Positions 12,949 through 25,504 of a DNA stretch of 64,000 bases are shown piece by piece. The stretch covers positions 223,804 through 287,803 of the forward strand of contig JAQGDQ010000299.1 of NCBI GenBank assembly GCA_030141605.1, in the 5' to 3' direction. Positions within the stretch are counted from its first letter, which is position 1. Each line of letters opens with the position of its first letter. The position numbers and the translations under genes were made by a program. The notes beneath the pieces are model-generated. The model was given only the letters and a program-made list of their open reading frames with translations, was not told the origin of the DNA and made no database searches. The stretch is from Tubiluchus corallicola (taxonomy: Eukaryota > Animalia > Priapulida).

Positions 12949-14494
12949 GAGGCCATAGGTCACTGCATAAGCTGGAATGTACAGGTGGAAAGCTCAGTAA
13001 CTTTTTAGATATTTTGTTGTCATTATTGTATTAACGTAATGCATTAATGCCGGTATTATTTACAGAACTGGTGTCGCCACCTACTACATTGTTATCGAAT
13101 CAATAGAAGCTAGTGTACCTTTTAATTTAACGCTGAAGGTGAAAAGCAGTTTCACATAATTTCAAGTTGAAATACTTTCTAGATTAGATGTTATTAAAAT
13201 AATAGGAGTAATGCAATTAATACGGTGAAATAAATGTAACAGAATTTAAAGTACAAGGACACACTGGTCGTAAATAAGGCTTAAAAAATTCATCTTGTTG
13301 TAGCTTGCGCTAGTAGTAGTGCTGCATAAAACATGTAAATTCCCGTAGTGACCGTTAGGGGCAGCCATTTTAAGTTGCTTAAATCAGGTTTAGATAACAT
13401 AGCGTAACATTTGAAAAGATAATCAGAGTGTTTGCAGCAAACTCTTCACTAACTGAGCAAAAGTATACATTACTTTACATTATCAATAAAATCAGTAAGA
13501 TGTTTTGGTGAATCAGTGGTGCACACTGGGATAATGATACAGTGACGTTTTACCAGGTGATGCGAACTTTTTAACTTATTAAGAATTTTCTTTTCCAGTT
13601 ACATAAGTATTTTAAGCAAGTAAGTATATGCCACGTAATATAACTTTGTATGGAAAGTTTTTTGATATAAACTTTTAAATTTCCTTTTGTCCCACTTTAA
13701 TTTTGCTTTTGCGTATAGTATTTTGGTATTATATTGATGTAAATTTTTGTGCATACTGTATGTACATGGTATGACTGTACTTTAAGAATTCTTTCTGACC
13801 GTTGCCTGTTACTTCATCTTTTCCTCTTTGTTCTACTTTTTCCCTCCCCTTTCTTTCTCGGCGACAAAACGGCCGGCCTCCCACTTTTATGTTTCCGAAA
13901 CTGGTGGGAATTTTCGCCATTCATTTCTAAAATGCAGGAAAAAGGGAAGGTTATAGCAATGTGGCAATTTTCCCCCACAAGGTACCAATTCTCGGGTTGT
14001 GTCGGTATTTTATTATCGTTTTACGACAGGTTCTCGTGGAGAGGGTATAAAAGGTGGCGCAATTTTTGCCGTGACCTTTTCAGAAACTGCCAATGTTTTA
14101 CAGTGATGCTGCGAAACCTGTATTTTTAGCTAAAAAGACTTCAGCTGCATTTATAGGTTATAAAATACATTGTAAGTGTTTGAAGTCATAGAGGTAAATA
14201 CAGTCCGACGGTCGCAGAATAAATTATGAAAAAAAGAAAAAAATGAAATGGCTTTCAGAATAAAATGTGTTTTTGTCTGTCGTGGTAGTTCTTTTCCTCA
14301 TTTTTGAATCCTGCTTAACGCTATCGACTGTTATATTTAACGCTAAAGTGTTTTAAGGAATAAAAACACTTGGATTCATATATTCCAATTGTTCATAGGT
14401 TATACTAGTACAGGGAATACTCCTTGAGTTGTTTATTGTAAAGAAGCTTCTTGCCTAATGTGCGCACAATAAATTTAGATCTCATAATCGATTT

Positions 14495-14850
14495 AAGATG
14501 ATGATGATGATGATTATGATGATGCTGATGATGACGATGATGATGATAGTAAGTTTTTTGTTTGTTTAATTTATTTATGTGTTTATCAGCCGGTATGACT
14601 GTCTGTCTGCCTATTCGTCCCTCTGTCTGTCCATCCGTTTGTCTCTCTGTCCGTTCGTCTGTCTGTCTGACAGTCTGTCTCTCTGTTCGTCGGTCTGTCT
14701 GTCCATCCGCTTGTCTGTCTGTCTCTCTGTCCGTTCGTCTGTCTGTCTGTCTGACAGTCTGTCTCTCTGTTCGTCGGTCTGTCTGTCCATCCGCTTCTCT
14801 GTCTGTTTCTCTGTCCGTTCGTCTGTCAGTCTGTTTACTTGTTTGTTTGC
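14495..14850. repeat. (ATG)n plus degenerate (GTCT)n tract with ~80-bp higher-order periodicity
   Basis: ctctgtccgttcgtctgtc recurs at 14645, 14725 and 14809. Confidence 0.9.
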
Positions 14851-15872
14851 TTTCACTGTCACATGCTTTGTTGTCTAAAAGCATTTTGAAGCTCATATGT
14901 GAGCGGGAGGATGAAAACGGGAGAAGCACGGTCATCAATAAGAGAGACCACAATCGAGTGTGATGCATTGGGGAATCTCGCCTTTTCCACTAAACCGCGA
15001 GGTCGTGACGTAATTTTGACGAGAAAAAAGTCGTCAGTTTTCAATAAAAAGTTTTTGCTAGCCTTGCCTGCTGTCACTACGAAATAAACGTATTCGCTTA
15101 TAAAGAAAAATCACTTATAACGTGTCACTCAGTTACTTTTTCAATCAATCTTACAACTTTCCAGTGGCAGTTATGATTAATTTCCTTATTGGCTCTTTAT
15201 TTGTAAAAATTGACCACCCACTCCTCGAGAGCCATTGTGCTAAGTGCCCTTGAGCCGTGGCAAGGGGGAGGAGAGGCCGTTAGAAAAAAAACCCGATTCT
15301 TTTGCGCATGGAAAATTACTAGTTATAATTACGACACTTTCATCTGTGCCTTGAACTCTTTTTTTTTTGATTTCTGGAATAGAGTTGAAAACCCGTTGCT
15401 ATTTTTTCTCCGTCAGTTTTTTTCCCTCAGCTCATAAGCCACGACGTTGTAATTAACTGAACACTTGACAGCGGGGTTGCCATGACGACCTCTGTGGGAG
15501 GCTGATGAAGTGGAAAAATAAGCATTGTTGCCTGTTTGTGTGAACGAATAATATGATTATTACCCAGTTTGTCGGTACGTATAATGAAAATATTGGCATA
15601 CTTTTGCTGACTAAAGAACCCCCCCCCTGTCTGCTGTGTGGTAAATCATAACGCACAAGTTCAATCCGTTGGTGCATTTTTACCCCTCGTGTTGTGGACA
15701 AAAGTGACACATTTTCGCTTGAGTTTTTGCTTGAGTGAACATTTTTTGTGTAAAAATTGGGCCGTCTGGACGAGAACGGTGTTTGTTCGAATCAAAACTA
15801 CATACAACATACCACATATTAAAAATCGTTACACCTGTTTACTTGGATTAGCTTTGCCAGCTAGACCTAGAG

Positions 15873-16348
15873 CAGGGGTGTGCAAATTATCTGACTAGCC
15901 GGGCCACATTAAACTTTCCCACAATTCCTGCGGGCCACAGGCAGTTTGATCAAGGAGCCAAGTACAAAAAGGCCTAATAACGATTTTTTTGCATGCGACC
16001 TGCGTACATCATTACTACTATACTCAAGAAACTATTTTAGAAGTTATTAACATTTATATTACAAACCATATATTTCTACTTTCAGGACAGATAGTGGTAA
16101 TTTCATTACAATGCATATTAGTAATGTGTATCACACAATCTGTGTAGTACAGTGACATTAAGCTACAACCGTCTTGTAAGGGTTAATGGCATCCGATCTA
16201 GTAGAAAAAACTACCCGCACTATCTTTGGGATCGTGGCACGGACTTCAGCTGGATACACTCAATTAATCGCCCGGGCCGCACTTTCATTAGGTTGCTCTT
16301 CCCGGGCCGCGCAAATTCTCTCGGCGGGCCGCAATTTGCACACCCCTG
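15873..16348. mobile_element. hAT (Charlie-like) MITE
   Basis: Perfect 16-bp TIRs caggggtgtgcaaatt / aatttgcacacccctg; perfect 8-bp TSD acctagag (15865-15872 and 16349-16356); subterminal cgggcc repeats. Confidence 0.95.
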
Positions 16349-16373
16349 ACCTAGAGTCTTCAGTTTCAATGTA

Positions 16374-16929
16374 TTAAAGGAAAGAACAAGTCACTTAATA
16401 TGTTGGGTTTATTTTACTATTATCACTTAAACTTAGAAAAATATAAAAAAATATTTGCAAAAGACTGTCTATAAAGCATAAACTTGAAATGTACTATGAA
16501 TAGAAATTTCCAGACGTGGTGGATGCCAACATTCACTTGAAAATCATGACGTAACTGGGAGACTTCATGAATTTTCGTAAGCGCCTCGTGGCTTTCCGTA
16601 AGCGCGCGCTGCTTAAAGTAATTCAAACTTGTGCAGTTTGTGCAATGTTCACGCAAAATTATTACAAAATTAGCTACTTAATTTCTTTGTAAAAACTTGT
16701 TATACTTTTTACGAAGATTGACAGTGTGCTACTTTTCTTCAATGACGTCATTGGAAGAAGAATGGGCATTGAAAATGGGAGCGCCAAAGCATGAAGTGAT
16801 CTCGACTTTAAAGTGATTTTTACTACATACAGGAGGAGCTTATTGCAGTTTTATAACTAAATCCTTCTAACATTTTACTTGAACAGTGAATTAAGTCTAA
16901 CTTCCCAGAAGGCTTGACCTGTCCTTTAA
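16374..16929 (+). mobile_element. TTAA-AGG Kolobok-like family B, full-length copy
   Basis: Termini TTAA-aggaaagaacaag and cttgacctgtcct-TTAA; homologous to 37537-38066 and 9816-10125. Confidence 0.88.
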
Positions 16930-17243
16930 TTGATATGCTGCTCACGACTGCAGTTTGATATTCTTTATACTTTATTGGTGCACAAACCGTTAGAAAAAAC
17001 ATTTGATAATGAAAAAAACACTAATAAACTGTCTGCATATATGAACGTATATGCGTGGGATAATCTCAAGATTCTGGGTTCGAATCCCGACTGGCTCTAA
17101 TTGTTTCTGAGGAGTGATGTAACTTTTAATGTGCATTTTAATGGAAATGTATACTGAGTATTTAGTCAACTCCCACTATTGGCATAGTCAATCATATCAT
17201 GTAGGGGTCTCTGGTTGTTTGTGTGTTACTGGAGACCTAATCT

Positions 17244-17305
17244 GGCCGGTAACTCAATTGGTAGAGTAAGCGACTTGGGTTCTGCGTTCAAGTCTCACTT
17301 GACAT
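17244..17305 (+). other. Degenerate tRNA-like or SINE-head remnant
   Basis: ggccggtaactcaattggtagagt (A box) and gttcaagtc (B box); the anticodon arm is collapsed. Further B-box-like pieces lie at ~17077 (ggttcgaatccc) and ~17415-17435 (minus strand). Confidence 0.4.
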
Positions 17306-18340
17306 ACATCTTAATTTCAAAATAATTATCGATTATTTATAGAATGAACCCATAATCATTAAACATTTGAAACCAAACTTGACTGAAAGAAAAAGTTAAA
17401 AAGTCGATGCAGATCTCGGAGTTGAACCACGGACCTTTGTCTCATGCGCGTGTGTGATTGTTCAATGCAGTGTTAAGAAAGTGTGGCACTGCGAATTGTT
17501 ATTAATGTCGTTTTTCCCAAATCGACAAAGATGAAAAATAGAAGACCAAGTGCTGTCTCAAGCAGAAGTTTTTGTAAAGATGCGTTTTGAGTTGTGCTAA
17601 TAAAACCATCAAATTATACGCAAAGAGTTTTAAGATGTGCTGTTAGACGTTAGCTTTTAAAGTTCACTGCAGGCGCAAATTATGAAACACTTAAAAAGTT
17701 AATAATCATAGTTGAAATACTAGGCATAATAATTATAAAGCTAGATTACAATTTTTGTACAATTTTAATGGTTTTTCCAGGTCTAGTGCACGTGGTCGTT
17801 AAGTTTTCAGAAGTTGTTTTTCGTTAATGTTAATAAAAATTCCCAATAGCATCTTTAAATCACCATAAATTAATTGTGACTTTTTTCCAGTAACTTTTTT
17901 CGTGGCCAAAATTGTAACTTTTTTCTTGCGACGTTTTTTCTGATGGCTTCATTGTCGGCCATCTATATAGAATGTCGTCCACGATTAAAACCGCTACATT
18001 ATATAGGTCAAAATAAACAATTGCAACTGTTTAAGTTCAATTACGGTTTAATTTAAAGTTGAACATATAAACAGGAAATAATCAGCTCAAAGATATAATT
18101 TAAATAACCAGCGTTTAACTTCCTCATTAACATATTTTATTATAATCATTGTGTAATTATCCACTAGGCGTAAATCGTTTCCGGTCTGTTGAATTAAAAT
18201 TGAAAATAACATTCAACGAAGATAACAACAGGCTGTAATGACTAGCTTCGAATTGAAATTGCGTTTTGTAAAACATACAATTGTTACATTATAATTAGGT
18301 CCCGTAAGATCATGTCAGGATAAATTAAAATCTGTTAAGA

Positions 18341-18941
18341 TTAAAGGAAAACAGGATAATCTCTATATTCTACCCCATTTACAGGAAAAGGGTTATATTT
18401 TAGCACCTATGATAATGACAAGGCGTTCCTGATAAGGAAATAATAGGCGAAAAACTTAATTAACGGCAGGCGAGCCCAACTAGTGATGACATCACAAACG
18501 AACATAATTTTCAACAGCACAAACATTCCACGAGCGTGTTGCACGTGTTTGCGAAAGCGAAAATTGAAATACAGTGCTACTGTACAAGATTCAGTATGAT
18601 ATACATTAACTCGACAAATTTTAAATTTTACGGCTCTGCTCACGCATGAGCTCTCGAACATGTGTACTACGTCACAACTGAACACATCTGAATTGACAGG
18701 TACAACGCCTGTTTTTTGTGCAACGTGTTTCTGAGATGCAAGCGCTAGTGCCCGTCTAACTAGCGAATGACGAAATATAAACAACAGCAAAGTCCTAGCC
18801 GCGCGAACGTGAAATTACGTTTCTGCAGTAATAATTGCTTTGCGAAAATCATTGTTGAAAAAATTGCATGTTTCCTTTCAATATCTTACAGGACAGATTG
18901 TTTCGAGCTATAGGTTAAGACTGGCTCCGGTTTTCCTTTAA
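18341..18941 (+). mobile_element. Kolobok-like family A, copy 2
   Basis: Termini TTAA-aggaaaacagg and ccggttttcct-TTAA; body homologous to 4110-4714. Confidence 0.88.
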
Positions 18942-19559
18942 CCCTTTCATACCCGTTGTATCCCGTAGGATACGAGAATATTTTCTGCCTTTAAAATTAA
19001 TAAAATTTATTTATTATTATTATAGTTATTTGATCTGTCAATAGTTATTTTGATTTAAGCCAATAACAATAGACTAAAAATAGTGATAAAATGGCAAACT
19101 AAAAAAATCTACATAGCACAAAAAACTGCGCAAGGTACAGTACTCAGGGCCTATTTCAGCCTAAGCGAGGCCCGGGGAAGTGGGCTGTGTGAGGCCTCCT
19201 CGGGAGGGGGAAGTCCGGGGGGGGGCGGGCGCCACCATGGTTGGCGCCCATAAAATTTTTGAACTGCTAGAACGCCGGAGAAGCATTTTCGAAGAGAAAA
19301 TATGGAATTATATAGTATGTTCGCATAAAGCAGAAAAATAATGTTACCTCGGCGCGAGGCCCCCCTGGAGGGTGAGGTCCCGGGGAAGTATCCCCACTCC
19401 CCCCCCCCTTGAAATAGGCCCTGACAGTACTTTAGAGACGACTTTGTACAGATCAGCATAGCGTGCATACTGAATGTCTTAAATACTTTAAAAAATTATC
19501 AGCAGTTGCAAAATGAAACATTTTTTTCTTATTAAAAAAATAATTTGGGACTGAAAGGG
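18942..19559 (+). mobile_element. piggyBac-type MITE, copy 1 (contains a nested hAT MITE)
   Basis: Termini TTAA-ccctttca and tgaaaggg-TTAA; body homologous to 56738-57194. Confidence 0.92.
19145..19423. mobile_element. GC-rich hAT MITE nested in the piggyBac MITE
   Basis: 14-bp TIRs cagggcctatttca / tgaaataggccctg and 8-bp TSD acagtact (19137-19144, 19424-19431). The empty site acagcact is present in the paralogous copy near 56925. Confidence 0.95.
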
Positions 19560-20440
19560 TTAAGTGTAGCGTACCCGTATGCAGATGACAATAATGCGCC
19601 ATGACTTGCGGTTTTATTTTGAACTTCTTTGTATATCTTTGCCATTCAGAGATCACATGCAGCTCTTGTATCGCCACCAGAATGTCGCCACTTGGTTCCG
19701 CACGAATTTCCTCTTTAAACAAACCAGGCAACTGTCACATTTTTTCAATTCATAAAAACCTAATGTGGGAAGCTGCTATGTCACATTGGTCAATTCAGTT
19801 TCAAGAGTATTGAAAATGGGAAACAGACAAGACTTCCCTTTCTGTTACATGTTCACCAAAGCGATGAAAGTGTTTACTTTTGCGATGTATGAATACTAAA
19901 ATGGAGACTAAATACCACCATGTCAATTGTGCATTATGGCGTCCTGCATTCTTCTTAACAGAGCAAAAAGTGTGACGGAAATTCCTGAAAACATTTTGTT
20001 AATGTCACTTTTTACCCGCCGCGTGGCGCTTTCTCATTTATTAGTGAAATAACATTTGCATGTGAAGAGCGAGCCGCAGCCATTTTAGTACTTGGTTATA
20101 CAGTTGCACAACAAAAGATCTTTTTCATCCCACGAGTGGCCACTTGGTCAACTTGGTTCTTGGACAATGGAAGCAACTCAAATGGACTGTAATGCCACCG
20201 GCTGTACCATTTGATTTAACTGTTTTGCAAGCTTAACTGGTCAGTTGGCAGAATGAGCTTTTAATGGGTCATGTCATTCATTAATGTATCAAGGTTCTGT
20301 TTGGGCACTTTTCACGGTAATGTTTGTTGTACCTTGAATGCTCAGTGTAAAGGTCCCAAGTCCTGCTCGGGACTGAAGTGCAGTAGCTTTCCATTTTATA
20401 TACAATGTAAAACGGCCGTTACATCTGCTTTTTTACGTTT

Positions 20441-20885
20441 GCGTTTAGACTAGCCAGTTTTCTCGCCAAGTAACTCGCAAGCGTGTTTAAACTTCTCGCC
20501 AAGTAACTCGCAAGCGTATTCTGACTTCTCGTCAAGTAACTCGCAAGCGTGTTCAGACTTCTCGTCAAGTAACTCGCAAGCGTGTTCTGACTTCTCGTCA
20601 AGTAACTCACAAGCGTGTTCAGACTTCTCGTCAAGTAACTCGCAAGCGTGTTCAGACTAGAAGAGCAAAACTTGCTGCGAGTTACTCTCTTACAGATATC
20701 GCGAGCTCAAGCTCACACTTACTTCTCTATTCACTACGAAAAGTGTCGAGGGTTACTCGCCCAGACATTCACACTAGACAGTAAATCAATTAACAGCAAC
20801 TGTAGTAAAATTTGCATTTTCTTTCCGACGGTAACTCGCAACTCAGTTCACACTAGAGAAAACTCACTAGTTTGAACGAGCCCTT
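20441..20885. mobile_element. Probable PIF/Harbinger-like MITE with an internal 33-bp tandem array
   Basis: Imperfect inverted ends cgtttagactagccagttttctc / gagaaaactcactagtttgaacg. The superfamily assignment is inference from the TIR style. Confidence 0.55.
20459..20657. repeat. 33-bp tandem repeat, 6 copies
   Basis: Unit cttctcgtcaagtaactcgcaagcgtgttcaga, contiguous with no spacers. Confidence 0.95.
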
Positions 20886-20933
20886 GCATTTGCAAATTCT
20901 AAAAGATCGAGTCTCTCTCGACATTTTTCAGAC

Positions 20934-21124
20934 TTAAGTAACATTTATGTAGCATGCGGATGCGGATGCGTTTTCCACTGCGGAACAGCCTGCGCAAAAA
21001 TCAATAGGAAATAGCTGCAGAAAAAGAATAACACATACACAGGCTGCATTAAAAACAGTAAAAACCGATTTTATCTATTCCGCACCCCCAAAACGCATCC
21101 GCATCCTACGCAAATGCCACTTAA
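20934..21124. mobile_element. Small TTAA/TAA-flanked palindromic MITE
   Basis: ttaagtaacatttatgtagcatgcggatgcggatgcgtttt vs aaaacgcatccgcatcctacgcaaatgccacttaa form ~35-bp imperfect TIRs. Confidence 0.7.
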
Positions 21125-22032
21125 TTTCGCAGATAGTGAAAATGCGCCATTGTCTCACTATTGTTAGTAACACGGCAGGTCAAAGTACAAGAAACAGTTT
21201 ATCCACCGATCGCACATCCATTTACTAAACAGGCTCCACATTGCCTAACTTCGGTAGAAAAGCGTACACCGTGACAACTCAGCTGTTCTCATCTCTAAAT
21301 GTGCCAGATTTGCACTGTAAAATCTATCCGAGCCGAAATTGGGTTGGTGGAGCAATTACAGTAAATAAAAACAATGTCTAGCGCAAGGTACTAGGAAACA
21401 GAAAAATTTTTAGTCCTTGTAAACAGGAATAAGTACAAAAAATAATAGTAATAAAAAACTGACTGATAACAAGTAAAGTAAAATCTCCAATTTCAAAACG
21501 TTACGAAAAGGAGTAGAAACGACTCGGCCCTCAGACTTGTAAATTTTCACGTATTTAACGTTCAGGGGAAACTGACTAGGTTCAGTAAGTACTGTGTAAA
21601 GTTTCAAACTCGGTCTAGCTGTAAATTTGTAAACTGATGGCCTCAGGGTATCAACTCGCGTTCCGATCAGCTTGCTGGAGCCTGAACAGACAACTTGTAA
21701 CCGCAGATTCTGAAAAATAATAGACTCAACACCATCTCTTCATCTATCACCGTTTCTCTTGTCAAAATAGTGGACAGGTTGAATTCCGACGAAAAAGAAA
21801 CCTGCCCTCAAGATAGGAGATGTCGAGGACGTATTAAACATCCCTCTGCTAGTGACTTAACTGTTGTAGAAAAGGTTTACTTACACATTTCTTGAAAAGT
21901 TTCTTCTTTAAAATGACTACAAAAATATGGATGTCACATTAGGTTGTTGGAAGTTCTTGAAGCTTTGCAGACGAGCTGAAACTTGGCGTCTGGATACACT
22001 TTGAGTTTAAATTTATTTCACACCAAATAAAC

Positions 22033-22635
22033 AACATACATTAAAATATATACATATACATACAAGCATATACATCATATGAAAAAACATACATTAAAAT
22101 ATATACATATACATACAAGCATATACATCATATGAAAACATACAATATACATTAAAATATATACATATACATACAAGCATATACATCATATGAAAACATA
22201 CAATATACATTAAAATATATACATATACATACAAAGATATACATCATATGAAAACATACAATCTCACCTTTCTCACCATCCTCCTGGTAGATTTTCATCT
22301 GTCAGCCGGCGAACACTTGATACAGTTGTGTTCGCCATGAGTTACTTGAGCAAAAAGTACTTCAGTGACTTGCTAGGTCTATCCTGAAGGATTTGGTCCA
22401 CAGCTCCTTATTTGAATATTCGGAGCACCCTGGCTCGTGAGCCAGGGGTCCCCCATCCGCCACCCGGGAGATGCGCCCGGTAGGGTTTACTCCCCCTCGT
22501 GAAAAACATACAATATACATTAAAATATATACATATACATAGAAACATATACATCATATGAAAACATACAATATACATTAAAATATATACATATACATCA
22601 TATGAAAACATACAATACACATTAAAATATGTACA
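22033..22635. repeat. 58-bp AT-rich minisatellite interrupted by a retroposon
   Basis: Unit aaaacatacaatatacattaaaatatatacatatacatacaagcatatacatcatatg starts at 22135, 22193 and 22251, and resumes at 22503. Confidence 0.93.
22263..22502 (-). mobile_element. 240-bp structured non-autonomous retroposon, probably derived from an RTE 5'UTR and 3' end
   Basis: GC-rich insert with 12-bp TSD aaaacatacaat (22251-22262, 22503-22514), several strong hairpins, a short repeated 3' tail (ggtgagaaaggtgag) and no TIRs. Confidence 0.7.
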
Positions 22636-23837
22636 CGCATAACAAGTAGCATAATAATGAAGGGGGGGGGGGGAGACACACAGAACAAACACTTTGTTCC
22701 TGTTAAATACTGAACAATTGAACAAACTTACATAATTTAATTTTCGTAACTAGCCCGTACAATTATTCCGTTTTAATGTGATTTTCAGAAGCAGGAAAGA
22801 ACTATATTCGTTGAACAGGGCTCGTCGTCCTAATGTAAATCCTTTGTCCCCAATTTAGGATCTTAAGCACCTTAAAAACGATGCCCCTGCGCTTTGTGGT
22901 GTAATATTTTCCAACCTAGGTCTTACAGTTGTTAAATTTTGCAGTTTGGCGACGCAAATCAGTTCCAGGCAGTAAGATAAAGTTGTATATGTATAAGAAA
23001 TCACTTACATGGTTTTGATCTTTATGTATGCAATTTGAAATTTAGGTTGTGGAACTAATTTCGCAAACGCAGCCAAGTCTTCCGTGCATCTTGATGTTGT
23101 TTTCAGTGGGTAGAGTCTTAGAGAATCAAAGTATGCTAGACACAGACAACATAAGAGATTGGATAAGAGATTATGAACACAACTTAGACGTTTGTTTACA
23201 GAAATGTTGGCCACAAAATACTTTAAGAAGAAATTTGACATTAATACTTAGACGGCTTAAGTACACTTGTGCACCTGGAAGATGTAGAGTTTGTACGTGT
23301 GGAACGTTTCTTAGCAAACAACAGGTAAGCGATACGGACTTGATGCACCTGCTAGTGGAACGACAACCGAAAAACCGACAACATTTCACCACCAAAACAT
23401 GTTGACAAATGGCAGCCTTAAGAAACAAGCTTTTCTTCGTTGTCAAGGTCAAGTAGGCGTTTACAAGTGCAGAATTGTTCAATTGACACCTTATCATGTG
23501 CATATTAAGCTTGGGAAACAGTACGACTTTTATTTCTCTATTGTTGCTTGACGTTAAAGTCGCTTGTCAAGAAAAAAACTGCGTCCTAGAAACGTGATAC
23601 TTGATGTTTGCTGAAGAACGTTCGCAAGTTTCAGTGTGTTTTGTGTAATTGCTTTCACGAATTATTCTAGAGCAATAAAACGACTGAAATAGTTCCACTA
23701 AACTTTTTCCTTTGCTAACATATAATTTATATAGTACATGTAGCTAGTACTAATAATTATTTAGCTATAGATTTTGTACATTAATTTCATTTTAAACTAT
23801 TGTATGCAATAAGAAAGCATTATGATCTTACTGATAA

Positions 23838-23982
<145 letters not shown>

Positions 23983-23984
23983 TT

Positions 23985-24340
23985 ATTAAAAATCTTTATT
24001 GAAAATGATACAATAAGCCCTCTATTTGCAGGGCACATAAGTACAAAAATGTTAAATAAATCTTTACATTATGTACATTAAATAATTTTTTACATTAAAT
24101 TCTTCACGGTTACCAATTTCTTACTAAACAAGCTAACAATTCTGCATTACGATTTACTAATTCTAAATACATATCTAATATTTGCGAATAATGTTTATAC
24201 ATGTTATACTCTATGTACAAGTAGCATAGGTTGTAGCTTACATACATACATAAATAATCTTACGTTGATGTCATTCGTATATAAACGGAAGTGGTCTCTG
24301 GTTGAGTGGTCATACCTTGTTGTGTTTTTCAACGCTCCTA
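23985..24340 (-). mobile_element. Highly decayed L2/CR1-type LINE 3' end
   Basis: Minus-strand peptide YDHSTRDHFRL resembles the H.Y.TR motif of the CR1/L2 C-terminus, followed by an AT-rich UTR, aataaa and an (AAT)n tail. Confidence 0.4.
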
Positions 24341-25504
24341 ATTTTTGCATTATTGATAGATAAGTACCCATATCGATTTTCTTATGGCAAATAGAGATTA
24401 TTATATATATATGGTATATATATAGAACATACTTGGTACTACTTCCACAGAACACAAGTGCTGTAGGTAACAGGCAAACGATTAAACGACCAACCAAACA
24501 GCTTGTCAGCCAGCAAATTTACTGACTGACTGACTGACCACTCAACCAAACAACTAAGCAAACAATATGAAAGAGAAACGAAAAAGTCTCAGAGGAGGAA
24601 AGAAAATAAAAAGAAGAAAAACATGACCGAATTGACAAATAAATTGGAGCAGAAATGGACGAACGAACAAGTGCACAAACAAACAAACAAACAAGCATCT
24701 TTCAAACAGATATTAAGTTATCGAGTTTAAATGAAGATCTTATCTAAGTTGATTTCAGCTGACCAAGTCCGTGAGAGACGAAAGCTTTGTAAGAAAAATT
24801 AAGAATTTTTTGAAACTCAACGGTCATTTTGACATCTTTTACAGTTATGACCACGACAAGTCTCAAAAGAACTCTATCTTATTTTCAAACGAACAAACAA
24901 ACAAACAAAAAAAACAAGGCATAAACAAACATTTTTACAGTCGCTGTACGAATTTTTAAACTGCAGTTTAACTGGGTCAAGCTTTGCCTAAATCTCTTAG
25001 GATTGTCTGTTTCAAGGTCTGCACATTATAGTAAAATCTTGAGCTGTTATCAGCCACTTTGAAGACTGACCACTGGACATAAACCCTCTGGACACAACTG
25101 ACAATGGCTAATTCTCTTGTATAGGCTTGTAATCCCATCATGCATAATGATTAAAGCCGCGGAGAAGAAAATGTAGCAAATGTTTCCTCCATCCTCCTCC
25201 AAGGGTTTGGAATTTTCTTCACTTTGATGTTTAGCGCTTTCGGTTGGCGTTTTTGAAAAGGCGGAGGGATGAATTAGAAAAAAATCACTTTATCAGACAG
25301 TCTTAAGAGAAGCTAGACTCGTCTTTCTTATCTTTTTTTGTCTCTTAGGTTAACTAATACATGCAAAGCTACAAGAGTGCGATATGTTTGACATCTATAG
25401 AACATTTGAAAAAACTATCACAAAATTATAGAATTTATTAAAAACGTTTGCTTTTATAACAGGATTTTTAAATTTACTAACGTTTGTGGTAGCGCAAATT
25501 ATTC

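Noticed and set aside
20459-20657. 33-bp repeats (also the 36-, 25- and 92-bp arrays) as CRISPR arrays
   Set aside because: Units are contiguous with no unique spacers, there are no cas genes, and the context is eukaryotic.
21400-22000. Penelope- or DIRS-like remnant
   Set aside because: Composition suggests an old element, but no diagnostic motif, terminal repeat or complete hammerhead core was found.
22400-22502. HDV-like ribozyme fold for the 240-bp insert
   Set aside because: I could not build P3/L3/P1.1 or a P2 pairing in the canonical order by eye, so it is kept as an unclassified structure.
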